This document shows positions 9,127 through 18,622 of a DNA stretch of 33,957 bases, piece by piece (position 1 is the stretch's first letter; each line of letters opens with the position of its first letter). Made by a program: the position numbers and the translations under genes. The notes under the pieces were generated by a model. That model saw only the letters and a list, made by a program, of their open reading frames with translations, was not told the DNA's origin and searched no databases. Origin of the DNA: a virus (lineage: Duplodnaviria > Caudoviricetes); the IMG/VR virus record IMGVR_UViG_3300021408_000103, positions 1-33,957 of that record, one strand, 5' to 3'.

Positions 9127-9701
9127 TGGGCACGTCCCGGACAGCGGCCCAGTTCGGCAAGAAGCTCGACGCCCTGCAGCGTGAGTTCAAGGACCAGAAG
9201 GCTGCGGCGGGGCGGGTCGGCATGGCCGGCAAGGGCATCTTCCAGACCGCAGGCGCAGGGGCCGTGGGACGCAAGCCGGCCGGCAAGCGCAAGGTCATCG
9301 GCGCACGGTTCGACATCATCAAGTCGAACACGGGCGCCACGATCGTTGTGATCTCCTACACGGGCGCAGCGCACCTGATCAACAACCCGACCAAGGCGCA
9401 CTTCATCGGGGCGAAGCGGCTGGGCAACCGCACGGCCCATCGCCGACGCTCCGCCGGAGTCGGTGCGGTGGCTGCGTTCGGGGGCTCCAACCGGGGGGCG
9501 TTCGGCAGCCTCCGCAACCTCAAGGCTGGGCGTGGCGCCCAGGCGCTGACGATCGGCCCGAACCTTCGGCCGTTCGCCTTCCACCCCGGCACCAAGGGCA
9601 AGGACTTCTACCGGCGGGCCCGGTCCCAAGCCGTCGACAAGCTCCCCGCCGTGTACGGCAAAGCCGCCCTGACCGAGCCTCTACGGAAGGTGTTTGGATG
9701 A
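9126..9701 (+). CDS. Basic tail-completion protein, HK97 gp10-like (putative)
   Basis: TGATG-coupled; basic; PTKAHFI...HPGTKGKDF motif. Confidence 0.6.
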   Translation: MGTSRTAAQFGKKLDALQREFKDQKAAAGRVGMAGKGIFQTAGAGAVGRKPAGKRKVIGARFDIIKSNTGATIVVISYTGAAHLINNPTKAHFIGAKRLGNRTAHRRRSAGVGAVAAFGGSNRGAFGSLRNLKAGRGAQALTIGPNLRPFAFHPGTKGKDFYRRARSQAVDKLPAVYGKAALTEPLRKVFG

Positions 9702-10132
9702 CCGCAGCGAAGGACCCGTCACAGAAGGTGATCGCCGAGATCCTCGCCGGTCGCCACGACGGCAATCTCGGTGAGCTGATGGAGGCCGTCGTCGAGCACA
9801 TGCGAGCGACGTCGATCCGCATGTACTGGCGGTTCAACCTCGACGGGGACACGTGGGATCAGGACACTGTCACCACGGGCGAGCTGGTCCTCGCCGAGGA
9901 ACTGCTCTCCACCGAGAAGCGTCCGATGTCGTACACGGAACTCGAGCCGCTCAAGTTCCTCCACCATCGGACGGCGTTGCTGGTCGCTCACCTGTACAAG
10001 GTCAGGGGGCTCAAGAAGCCGGAGGCCCTTGCTCGCGTCGAAGCGCTGACCCTCGCCGAGCAAGAGAAGCTCATGGACATGTACGAGGTCGGCGACGCCC
10101 CAAAAGACCAGGACCCGCCAGCCTCGTCTTGA
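9698..10132 (+). CDS. Tail assembly chaperone (gpG-like)
   Basis: Between tube gene and TMP; slippery heptamer near its 3' end. Confidence 0.75.
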   Translation: MTAAKDPSQKVIAEILAGRHDGNLGELMEAVVEHMRATSIRMYWRFNLDGDTWDQDTVTTGELVLAEELLSTEKRPMSYTELEPLKFLHHRTALLVAHLYKVRGLKKPEALARVEALTLAEQEKLMDMYEVGDAPKDQDPPASS

Positions 10133-10230
10133 GGCTCTGCATCGAGGCGTTCGGCTGGCCGCCGACCGTCACGATGGCCCAGCCCGTGGGCCCTGTCCTG
10201 CGGGCGTTGAGCCCGAAGCTCGAAGGCTGA
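10099..10230 (+). other. Programmed -1 frameshift site C CCA AAA and gpT-like extension
   Basis: X XXY YYZ heptamer at 10099-10105 in the correct phase; -1 frame reads RPGPASLVLRLCIEAFGWPPTVTMAQPVGPVLRALSPKLEG to TGA 10230. Confidence 0.75.
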
Positions 10231-10234
10231 GAGC

Positions 10235-10612
10235 TTACTCGGTGACGTTGGCGGTCACGCCCTGCCAGGTGGTGCCGTACATCCAGGTGGCGTCACAGGA
10301 CCAGGAGAGCCGAAGCATGGCGCCGAACGAGTTCTCGGCGTCGACCTGGCCTGACACTTTGTAGTTGTCGCCGTCGGTGGTGGCGACCTCTTCGAGGAAC
10401 TCGGCGGTGCCGGGCGCCTTCAGTTTGGCCTTGACCGCCTCGCGGCAGACGTCGATGGCGCCGGCGTCAGTCGGTCCCTCTGCTTCTGCGCCGCTGTCCT
10501 CGCCGAGGCTGCTGATGATCGTGGCGCCGATCGCGAACACGACGATCACCAGCATCACCCAGATGCAACCGCGGTTGTCCGGCTTGGCCTTCTCGCCGCC
10601 TGCTTCGTCCAT
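10235..10612 (-). CDS. Membrane-anchored moron protein (125 aa)
   Basis: One N-terminal TM helix; CREAVKAKLKAPGTAEF...VDAENSFGA...C domain; antisense insert between chaperone and TMP. Confidence 0.8.
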   Translation of the reverse strand: MDEAGGEKAKPDNRGCIWVMLVIVVFAIGATIISSLGEDSGAEAEGPTDAGAIDVCREAVKAKLKAPGTAEFLEEVATTDGDNYKVSGQVDAENSFGAMLRLSWSCDATWMYGTTWQGVTANVTE

Positions 10613-10687
10613 CGCCCGCCCGCCTTCATGTGAGGACTACTCGGGCGAACCGTAACCGCGTAGAGCGTCAAGCAGAAGGGGGTGTCG

Positions 10688-12922
10688 ATGGGTTCCTTCA
10701 CCGAGACACTCCGCCTGCTGGTCGACATGGACGCCAAGGGCGCCATCTCCCAGTCGGACAAGCTCGGCGAGTCATCGAAGAAGGCAACCGAGAAGGCAGA
10801 GAAGACCGGCAAGAGCCTCGACAAGTGGGGCAACAAGATGTCCTCGGCCGGCACCGGGATGATCGCCTTCGGTGCGGTCGCCCTCGCCGGCCTGGGTGCT
10901 GCCGCGATGGCCTCGGAGGAGGCTGAGCTTTCAGTCCTCAAGCTAGAGAACACCATCAAGAACGCCCCGAAGCTCGCGGGTGAATCGAGCAAACAGTTCA
11001 TCGAGCTGGCCGAGTCGATCCAGAGCGTGACCGCAGCCGACGCCGACGCCATCGTCGAAGGCGAAGCGCTGCTCGGCACCTTCTCCCTGACGGCCGATGA
11101 GATCAAGGGCATCATGCCGCTGGTCGTCGACTACGCCCGCAAGTTCGGCACCGACATCCCGACCGCAGCGATCCAGGTAGGCAAGGCCCTCGACGGCAGC
11201 GTGGGGGCGCTGAAGAAGAACGGCGTCTCGATCGACGAGGTGCTGTACAAGACCGACCGCTACGCCGCTGTGCAGCAGGCCCTGACGGATCAGGTCGGCG
11301 GCTTCGCCGAGGCCGAGGGCAAGACCTTCGCCGGGTCACTGCAGCGGCTCAAGAACCAGATCGGCGATCTCGTCGAGGGCGTTGGTGCTGGTGCGGTCGA
11401 CGCCTTCACGACCCTTGCCCGGGTGACCGGCGGGCTGAGCGATCGCCTCAACGGCATGTCGCCCACCACCCAGTCGATGATCGGCAAGGTCGCCACCTTC
11501 GGCGCCGTCGGCCTCATCGCAGCAGGCGGCCTGTCGACCCTCGTCGGACAGGGCATCAAGGCGCACGAGAACTTCCGCTCCCTCGCTGATGGTGCATCCT
11601 CGCTGAGCCAGAAGCTCGGCGGGATCGGCAAGATCGCCGCCTTCACCACCGTGGCGGCAGGCATCGCGGGCGTTGCGTTTGCCCTGAACGAGATCGCCGA
11701 CGCACGCGACGCGGCCGAGCTGGAACGTCTGGCTGACAACTTCCTGCTGGTCGGCGATGCTGTCAACGCCACCACCAAGAAGGCAGTCGAACAGGCCGAC
11801 GAGTTCGGCCAGCTCGACAAGGTCATCGCCAAGCTGAGCGAGTCGAACCCTCGGGCAGCCGAGGAGACCATCAAGCTCGCCGAGGCGACGGGCGTCTCCA
11901 AGGAGCGCGTCAAGGAGTGGCGGGCCGAGCTCGAGCGCAAGCGTGACGTCGACATAAAGGCGAGCGTCAGCCAGGAGGAGTACAGCGAAGACGTCCGTGA
12001 CGGCGCCGAGGCCATGGACGAGAACGCAGAGTCGACCGAGGATGCCAAGTCGGCGCTGCAGGAATGGTCGGACGCCCAGCGTGCGGCCATCGACCCGATG
12101 TTCGCGTTCAACCACGCCGTGGTCGCCAACGAAGAGGCGCAGAGCAAGGTCGTCGAGGCTGAGCTGAAGATCGTCGCCGCCGAGGCCGATGTGGCGAAGG
12201 CTCGCAAGGAGCACGGCAGGAACAGCGACGAGGCGAGGGAGGCCGTCCTCAAGCTGGCGGAGGCGCAGGGCGATCTGGAGGGCGCCAACAGGTCGGCCGT
12301 GGAATCCGCTCTCGAGTACGACACTGCGTTCGCCGGCCTTAAGGACAGCATGCTGACCGGCGGCACCACGGTTGGTGAGGTGAAGGCGACCATCGACCGG
12401 TGGGCGGAGTCAGGTCTGATCGCCGCCGGCTCCGCGGCCTTCTACAAGGCCGAGGTCGACAAGCTCGCCAACGCCATCCGGCAGACCCCTGATCGCAAGG
12501 CCACGTCGGTCACCGCGCCCAACGCAGTACAGGCCCGTGAGCAGATCGACCGGGTTGGCAGCGCCCTGGCCAGGCTGAACGGCAAGTCGGCCAGCGTGCG
12601 GATCAAGACCGTCTACGAGACGGTGCAGATCGGCTCCGCCCACGGGCCCGGCTTCAAGCTCCACGACGGTGGCATAGTCCCCGGCCGACGGGGCGAAGAG
12701 ATCGCCGCGGTCCTGCAGGCGGGTGAGGAAGTCCTCGCCCTCGACGATCCCCGCAACAGCTCCAACGCCAAGCAGCTCGTAGGCGCTGGCGTCAGCAGCG
12801 GGGGAGCGACGCACAACCACTACTGGACGATCAACGTCGCCGGCTCCGTGCTGTCCGAGCGTGACCTGATGGGCGTGCTCCGGGACAACATCCAGCGCGG
12901 CGGACTGCGGGGGTTGATCTGA
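10688..12922 (+). CDS. Tape measure protein
   Basis: Long helical Ala-rich protein with hydrophobic segments and coiled coils, after the chaperones; C-terminal HDGGIVPG...AGEEVL motif. Alternative start GTG 10682. Confidence 0.92.
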   Translation: MGSFTETLRLLVDMDAKGAISQSDKLGESSKKATEKAEKTGKSLDKWGNKMSSAGTGMIAFGAVALAGLGAAAMASEEAELSVLKLENTIKNAPKLAGESSKQFIELAESIQSVTAADADAIVEGEALLGTFSLTADEIKGIMPLVVDYARKFGTDIPTAAIQVGKALDGSVGALKKNGVSIDEVLYKTDRYAAVQQALTDQVGGFAEAEGKTFAGSLQRLKNQIGDLVEGVGAGAVDAFTTLARVTGGLSDRLNGMSPTTQSMIGKVATFGAVGLIAAGGLSTLVGQGIKAHENFRSLADGASSLSQKLGGIGKIAAFTTVAAGIAGVAFALNEIADARDAAELERLADNFLLVGDAVNATTKKAVEQADEFGQLDKVIAKLSESNPRAAEETIKLAEATGVSKERVKEWRAELERKRDVDIKASVSQEEYSEDVRDGAEAMDENAESTEDAKSALQEWSDAQRAAIDPMFAFNHAVVANEEAQSKVVEAELKIVAAEADVAKARKEHGRNSDEAREAVLKLAEAQGDLEGANRSAVESALEYDTAFAGLKDSMLTGGTTVGEVKATIDRWAESGLIAAGSAAFYKAEVDKLANAIRQTPDRKATSVTAPNAVQAREQIDRVGSALARLNGKSASVRIKTVYETVQIGSAHGPGFKLHDGGIVPGRRGEEIAAVLQAGEEVLALDDPRNSSNAKQLVGAGVSSGGATHNHYWTINVAGSVLSERDLMGVLRDNIQRGGLRGLI

Positions 12923-13815
12923 TGGGTGTCGTCATCGTCGACGCAGGCGAGGAGGCGTTCCTCGACCTGGTGCTCGCGGTCAACTACACGCTGCGGCTCT
13001 ACCGCAACAACGTCACCTCGGGCCTGACCGAGGAGCAGATCGACGCCCTCGCCGTCGGGGCGTTCACCGAAGCCAACTTCGCTGGCTACTCGGCGGCGGC
13101 CATGACGGGTGGATCGTGGGTCTCGACGCAGGGCAACCCGTCGATCGGTCAGTACGCCCAGCAGACGTTCACCCGGTCGAGCACCGGTGCCGCGCAGCTG
13201 ATCTACGGCTACTACGTGACGCTCACCTCGGGCGGGGCACTGCGGTGGTTTGAGCAGTTCCCGGCACCGATCTCGGTCGAGTTCATCAGCGATGCGATCC
13301 GCGTCACCCCGAGGGTCACGCTCGACGACGTGGAGGGCAACGACGTGGAAGCCGGAACCATCGTGATGACCGGCCGTGCCGCGGCGCCCACCGGCTGGCT
13401 GCTGTGCGACGGCACGGCCGTGTCCCGCACCACCTACGTCGACCTGTTCACCGCCGTCGGCACAGCCTTCGGGGTCGGCGACGGGTCGACCACGTTCAAC
13501 CTGCCCGACCTCCGCCAGCGCTTCCCGCTGGGCAAGGCCACCTCCGGCACCGGCGCCACGCTGGGCGGCACCGGCGGCAACGTCGACCACGTCCACGGGC
13601 TCGACACCGCCACCTCGCACGCAAAGGCCCGGATCGCCGCCACCTCGGTGGCCGCCCGACAGAAGACGGTCTCCGCCTACAACATCACGATCAACGGCAC
13701 CGGCGTCTCGGGTAGTGCCGATGCGTCGTCGCTGTCCGTCGGCATGGAGCTGGGAGGCAGTTCCGGCACCGGCAACCCGCCGTTCCAGGCCGTGAACTTC
13801 AAGATCAAGACCTGA
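12922..13815 (+). CDS. Tail fibre-type protein with phage tail collar domain
   Basis: GTIVMTG...APTGWLLCDG.AVSRTTY.DLFTAVGT.FG.GDGSTTFNLPDLRQRFPLG; C-terminal NPPFQAVNFKIKT. Confidence 0.85.
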   Translation: MGVVIVDAGEEAFLDLVLAVNYTLRLYRNNVTSGLTEEQIDALAVGAFTEANFAGYSAAAMTGGSWVSTQGNPSIGQYAQQTFTRSSTGAAQLIYGYYVTLTSGGALRWFEQFPAPISVEFISDAIRVTPRVTLDDVEGNDVEAGTIVMTGRAAAPTGWLLCDGTAVSRTTYVDLFTAVGTAFGVGDGSTTFNLPDLRQRFPLGKATSGTGATLGGTGGNVDHVHGLDTATSHAKARIAATSVAARQKTVSAYNITINGTGVSGSADASSLSVGMELGGSSGTGNPPFQAVNFKIKT

Positions 13816-16292
13816 TGGTCACGACCGACGTCCGGGGGTCAGGCGGCATCGAGTTCGGTGGCGAGGCGCCCGTCGCCTTCGTCCACGGCTCAGGCCAGGT
13901 CAACAACGACATCGTCGTCGAGTGGGACTTCGACAACGACGGCGACTTCGACGAGCCCGAAGAAGACATCACCGCTTACGTCGTCTCGGCCGAGACCCGC
14001 ACCGGCAGGGACTGGCCCTCGCAGATCAGCGGCAAAGCCAGCCCCGGCACCCTGCGCCTGACGGTCCGCAACGACGACGACCGCTTCTCGTTCTTCAACA
14101 CCGCGTCACCGCTCAACACAGGCCCGTTCAGCCTCGCCACCGGGCGCACGATCCGAGTGCGCACCCTGGCTTCGACGCCGGTCGATCCTGTGCTGCTGGC
14201 CAGGGACAAGTTCAACGGCGACGGAGTGCTCGGCATCGACGAGGTTGGCAACGTCTGGTCGAACGAGACGGCCAACACGTGGACCCGAGACGGCGCCGGG
14301 CGGGTCGTGTCCGACGACGTCAACGGCGTCGACACCATCGCGATCGTCGACGTCGGTACCGACGACTCGTTCGTGCAGGCCACGGTCGGCTCGATCGACG
14401 GGGCCGGCATCCTCTACCGCTACACCGACGTCAACAACTACGGGCTTCTGTTCTTCAACGTCGGCAGGATCACCCACTACACGGTGGCCGCCGGCGTCTC
14501 GACCCAGCACGAGGACTACACGGTCGGCTGGTACTTCGCTCCCGCCACCATCGGTCTCCTCGTCTCCGGCTCCAACGTCACCGGCTACCTCAACGGGGTG
14601 ACCGTGTTCACCGGAGCCACCGCCCGGGCGTCAGCGTCGACCGAGGTCGGCATCTACTCGCTCGCCGCCAACGTGGTCGTCGACGACTTCCGGGTGTGGG
14701 ACACGGTGCCGGTCCCGATCGACGGCGTTCTGTGGACCGGCGACGTCTCGTCGGTGATGCCCGAGACGCCACGAGATCACGACAAGACAGCTGCCATCGC
14801 CGCCGAGGGGCGACTGGCCAAGGCAGCCACCGAGGTCGAGACCGCATCGTTCGAATACGGGGCCCCTACCGGCATCCAGGTCGGCGGCGTCCTTGCAGCG
14901 GCCGACCTGCTGCAGCCTCCCGGCCTCATCGCCGAGGGCGACATCAGCACCGGCGCTGTGTCGTTCGCACGGAACCAGGCGCTCGAGCTGGCCCGCCAGC
15001 TGGAGGAGACCGAGCTCGGCTTCTTGCACGAGATGCCCGAGGGCTACATCGGCTTCGAGGCCCGGTCGACTCGGGCGACCGACACACCGGCGGCGTGGTT
15101 CTCCGATGATCCTGCAGCGCAGTTCGAGTTCGAGGAGATCCGCCCGTTCGACTGGCGCAAGGAGATCGTGAACCGGGCGCTCGCCGGCCTGGCGCCACGC
15201 ACCCCTGTGTGGCCGGTCAGCAACGGCAACGACAGCCGCTCGACGGCAGCGGGCGCACAGAACGACGTCGCCGTCACGATGCCCTCGACGGCCAACGCAG
15301 GCGACCTGCTGCTCGTCGTCATCGCGTCGACGGTGCGCACGGCTGGCAAGCAGTGGGAGGTACCCCACGGCTGGCGCCAGATGTCCAACGAGGGCGACTC
15401 CCTGCGGATCAGGGTGTACGCCAAGGTGGCGCTCGGCACCGAGGCGTCGACTGACGTCACCTTCTACGACGACACGACCCCGTTCGCCGGCGGCCTGTGG
15501 GTCGCTCACTGGTGGCGGGTGCCGGTCGGCCAGTGGTTCGGCTCCCTCGACGGCGTCGCCCAGGCGCCGTGCGTGGCATCGGACCTGACGATCGGTGAAC
15601 CGGTCGCCGCGGCCCACGACCCGCCGCCGCTCGTGGTGCCGTGGCGCCGTGACCCGTCGCTGTTCATCGCCATCAGGGCAGGGATCTCGTCGCTCACCGG
15701 CGGCGAGGGGGGCACCGGCGGAGGACCACCCGGCTACCTGCTCTCAGGGCTCTCCGATCTCAACGGTGCCACGAACGCCTTCGACGTCTCTCTCCACTTC
15801 GCCGACAGGGTGGGCTCGGCCGAGACCGAGGACCCTGGCCTGTTCGTGTCCGAGGACTTCGGCGGCTACCTCGTCGTGTGCTCGACGACCATCGCGGTGC
15901 GGGGCTGGAACGGCGATCCTCCGTTGGGCTCCGACCGCCAGACGGTGCAGGTCGACAACCTCCCGTCGCAGGACCGCCACAACATGGTGCGTACCTACCC
16001 GACGGTCCCCGAGCTGTTCGCCTCGGCGGCCGACGCCGACGCCTACGCCGACAGGGTCACCGCCATCTACGGCAACGACCGTCCGATCTTCTCGATCAGC
16101 TTCACGGCCAACAAGACGTCGGCCTACCGGGGCCAGGCGTGGCGCCGCCGGGTGGGCGACATGATCCACCTGACCGCCGACGGCCAGTCGGGTACAGGCG
16201 TCGACGCTGACTTCTTCATCGAGTCGGTGTTCCACCAGTTCAGCCAGGGCGACAAGCTCTGGCGAGTCACCTGGGAGTTGTCACCCGCATGA
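13815..16292 (+). CDS. Minor tail / tail-tip hub-like protein (825 aa) with inserted beta domains
   Basis: N-terminal DITAYV...GRD...PGTLRLTVRNDDDRFS...SPL; C-terminal VGDMIHL...FFIESV.H...WRVTWELSPA. Confidence 0.8.
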   Translation: MVTTDVRGSGGIEFGGEAPVAFVHGSGQVNNDIVVEWDFDNDGDFDEPEEDITAYVVSAETRTGRDWPSQISGKASPGTLRLTVRNDDDRFSFFNTASPLNTGPFSLATGRTIRVRTLASTPVDPVLLARDKFNGDGVLGIDEVGNVWSNETANTWTRDGAGRVVSDDVNGVDTIAIVDVGTDDSFVQATVGSIDGAGILYRYTDVNNYGLLFFNVGRITHYTVAAGVSTQHEDYTVGWYFAPATIGLLVSGSNVTGYLNGVTVFTGATARASASTEVGIYSLAANVVVDDFRVWDTVPVPIDGVLWTGDVSSVMPETPRDHDKTAAIAAEGRLAKAATEVETASFEYGAPTGIQVGGVLAAADLLQPPGLIAEGDISTGAVSFARNQALELARQLEETELGFLHEMPEGYIGFEARSTRATDTPAAWFSDDPAAQFEFEEIRPFDWRKEIVNRALAGLAPRTPVWPVSNGNDSRSTAAGAQNDVAVTMPSTANAGDLLLVVIASTVRTAGKQWEVPHGWRQMSNEGDSLRIRVYAKVALGTEASTDVTFYDDTTPFAGGLWVAHWWRVPVGQWFGSLDGVAQAPCVASDLTIGEPVAAAHDPPPLVVPWRRDPSLFIAIRAGISSLTGGEGGTGGGPPGYLLSGLSDLNGATNAFDVSLHFADRVGSAETEDPGLFVSEDFGGYLVVCSTTIAVRGWNGDPPLGSDRQTVQVDNLPSQDRHNMVRTYPTVPELFASAADADAYADRVTAIYGNDRPIFSISFTANKTSAYRGQAWRRRVGDMIHLTADGQSGTGVDADFFIESVFHQFSQGDKLWRVTWELSPA

Positions 16293-16311
16293 CCTTTCGA
16301 GAGGTGACCTG

Positions 16312-17997
16312 ATGCCCGTCCAGATCGACTCCAGGCCCCAGGGCATCCATCACAACTTCCGGCCCGGGCTCACCCTGACCGTGGACCTGGACTGGCAAAC
16401 GCCGGGGGTGCTCGTAGGCCGCACGTTCACGTCCACCCTCAACGGCGTAGCGATGGGCGTGTCGATCGTCGGTGACGTGATGACACTCGAGGCCACGCAG
16501 GCGGAGACCGCGGCGATCGAGGATCCGGTCGAGTGGCTGCTGCTCGAGGACCGCGGCGGGGTCACACCTGAGGCGATCCTGATGGGCACGTGGGTGCCGT
16601 CGGATCAGGCGGCCCTGCGCCCGGCCACGACGACGGTGGTCACCGACCAGGCGGTCACCGTGCAGGTCACCGTGTCGCTCGGCGGCCTGACGACGGCCAC
16701 CTTCAACTCCCACATCGAGACGCTGCATCTCCCGTTCGTCGCGGTCCCTGCCGGGTGGGGCGGTCAGTGGGAGGAGGCCCGCGAGGAGGCCGACACCCGC
16801 CAGGTGAAGGTCCACCTGCACGGCGACTCCATCTACCAAGGCGTCGGCGCCACCAACCCTCGCACCGAAGGCTGCGCCATCCTCACCGGCGACGAGCTGC
16901 GCGACCGCTACGGCGACGGCGGCACCGGCTGGATCCCCTCGGCGCTGCGCACGTCGGCGACCGGCGTGTGGACCTCCGGCATGGGCATGGGCGGCTGCCA
17001 GCTGCGGGCCACGAACACCGCCACCCTGGCATTCACCGACCTACGGGGCTCGGCCCTCCGAATCTTCCACCGCAACGCCAGCATCACCGGGTCGTTCCGC
17101 TGGCGGGTCAACGGCGGCAGCTACACGACGGTCACCCCGCCGACCGTCTTCGGCCAGGACCCGGGTGCGGTCGAGATCAACCCGGGCGGCAACGGGCCCC
17201 ACACCCTCGACGTCGAGTGGGTCAGCGGGACGGTCGACATCTTCGGGGTCGAGGCCACGTTCACCACCGGGGTCGTCACCTACCAGTTCGCCCAATCCGG
17301 TCGGGCAGCGTCCGACTACACGCCCGGCCTCGAGCAGTTCATCACCGGCGTCTCCGCCTCCGGGGTGACGACGACGATCACGACGCCGGGTGCGGGCAGC
17401 TTCACCAACTCCATGATCGGCAAGTTCATCCACGGCCCGGCACAGATCGCCGTGGGGACCACGATCACCGCCGTCGCCTCGGACACCTCAGCGACGATCT
17501 CGGCTGCGACCACGGGGACGATCACGAACCAGTCGTGCACGATCTCGACGAACGGCACCATCGGGGTGCTCGGCGCCAACATGGTGGCCGACCCGTTCCT
17601 CGCCGCTGCCGTCGGTCGACCGGACCTCGTCATCATCCAGCTCGGCGCCAACGACCCGGCCGGTGCGTTCAACTCGGCGGACACGTTCCGGGCCGGCGTG
17701 TCGAAGGTGATGCGCCTGTACTCGGGCAGCGACCAGCTCGACTACGTGCCCACCTTCGTGCTCGTGATCGAGCACATCGCCAACTGGTTCGACATCCAGT
17801 CGGAGTACGCAGCCATGGCCGCCGTGCTGGCCGACCTGGCCGGCGGCAACGGCGCTGCGCTCGTCGACATCTGGGGCATCGGTCACCGGTCGTTCAAGTA
17901 TTGGAACGACCTCGGCATGTTCGCCGACACGATCCACCCGACGACCGCCGGCCACGCCGCCTACGCGGCGCCGGTCATCGACCTGCTCACCCGCTGA
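16312..17997 (+). CDS. SGNH/GDSL hydrolase-domain protein, probably virion-associated
   Basis: Blocks HGDSI, AQSG, QLGAND and DTIHP in order; located in the tail module. Confidence 0.85.
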   Translation: MPVQIDSRPQGIHHNFRPGLTLTVDLDWQTPGVLVGRTFTSTLNGVAMGVSIVGDVMTLEATQAETAAIEDPVEWLLLEDRGGVTPEAILMGTWVPSDQAALRPATTTVVTDQAVTVQVTVSLGGLTTATFNSHIETLHLPFVAVPAGWGGQWEEAREEADTRQVKVHLHGDSIYQGVGATNPRTEGCAILTGDELRDRYGDGGTGWIPSALRTSATGVWTSGMGMGGCQLRATNTATLAFTDLRGSALRIFHRNASITGSFRWRVNGGSYTTVTPPTVFGQDPGAVEINPGGNGPHTLDVEWVSGTVDIFGVEATFTTGVVTYQFAQSGRAASDYTPGLEQFITGVSASGVTTTITTPGAGSFTNSMIGKFIHGPAQIAVGTTITAVASDTSATISAATTGTITNQSCTISTNGTIGVLGANMVADPFLAAAVGRPDLVIIQLGANDPAGAFNSADTFRAGVSKVMRLYSGSDQLDYVPTFVLVIEHIANWFDIQSEYAAMAAVLADLAGGNGAALVDIWGIGHRSFKYWNDLGMFADTIHPTTAGHAAYAAPVIDLLTR

Positions 17998-18007
17998 GGA
18001 GACGCAC

Positions 18008-18187
18008 ATGGATGAACCCTGGCAGCTCGTGCACCCCGACACGCTCGTCGGGCCCGAGCTCGACGCCGTCGTGGCCATGTTCCGCGACGTCGACTGGCAG
18101 GACCAGTCGGCCGTCGAGCAGCGGGTCGCAGCCCTACGTGCTCTGGCCTGCGACCCGCAGGACGACAACCTCGAAATCGCCTCTTAA
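18008..18187 (+). CDS. Hypothetical acidic protein (59 aa)
   Basis: Read by hand: GAGGAG RBS, MDEPWQLVHPDTLVGPELDAVVAMFRDVDWQDQSAVEQRVAALRALACDPQDDNLEIAS. Confidence 0.7.
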   Translation: MDEPWQLVHPDTLVGPELDAVVAMFRDVDWQDQSAVEQRVAALRALACDPQDDNLEIAS

Positions 18188-18199
18188 AGGAGACCCTTC

Positions 18200-18607
18200 A
18201 TGACCGTCGGCCTCGCACCCGCAACCGCCAACGCCTGGCTGAACTGGCTCGTCAACCAGACCACCGCCGGCACCTCACCCGCCGCGATCTGGATCCAACT
18301 CCACACTGCGGACCCCGGCCTCGCCGGCACCACCGCCGTCGCTGGGAACGCCACTCGCAAGAACATCACCGCCTCGTTCCCCGCCGCGTCCGGCAACACC
18401 GGCATCGTCTCCAACGACGTTGCCATCTCCTGGACCGCCGGCGAAGTCGACACGGCCGAGGACTACACCCACTGGGCGCTCTTCGACGCCTCCACGACTG
18501 GGACGTTTCTGTGCTCCGGGCTGATGACCGCCAACGCCGTGCTCGTCGGCGACGAGTTCACGATCCCGATCGGTGACCTCGACCTCTCCCTGTCCGTGAC
18601 GGCCTGA
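18200..18607 (+). CDS. Small beta-sandwich virion/fibre-associated protein (135 aa)
   Basis: AAAGGAG RBS; IQLHTADPG.AGT, HWALFDASTTGTFL.SG, GDEFTIP.GDL pattern common in actinophage tail regions. Confidence 0.75.
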   Translation: MTVGLAPATANAWLNWLVNQTTAGTSPAAIWIQLHTADPGLAGTTAVAGNATRKNITASFPAASGNTGIVSNDVAISWTAGEVDTAEDYTHWALFDASTTGTFLCSGLMTANAVLVGDEFTIPIGDLDLSLSVTA

Positions 18608-18622
18608 TCACGGCCTGACCCC

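Noticed and set aside
10613-10680. TTGACG on the minus strand as the -35 box of the moron promoter
   Set aside because: No -10-like hexamer at 16-19 nt spacing was found.
18599-18618. ACGGCCTGA duplicated around the stop of the 135-aa gene
   Set aside because: Only 9 bp with 2 nt between copies; may be a recombination scar but supports no functional claim.
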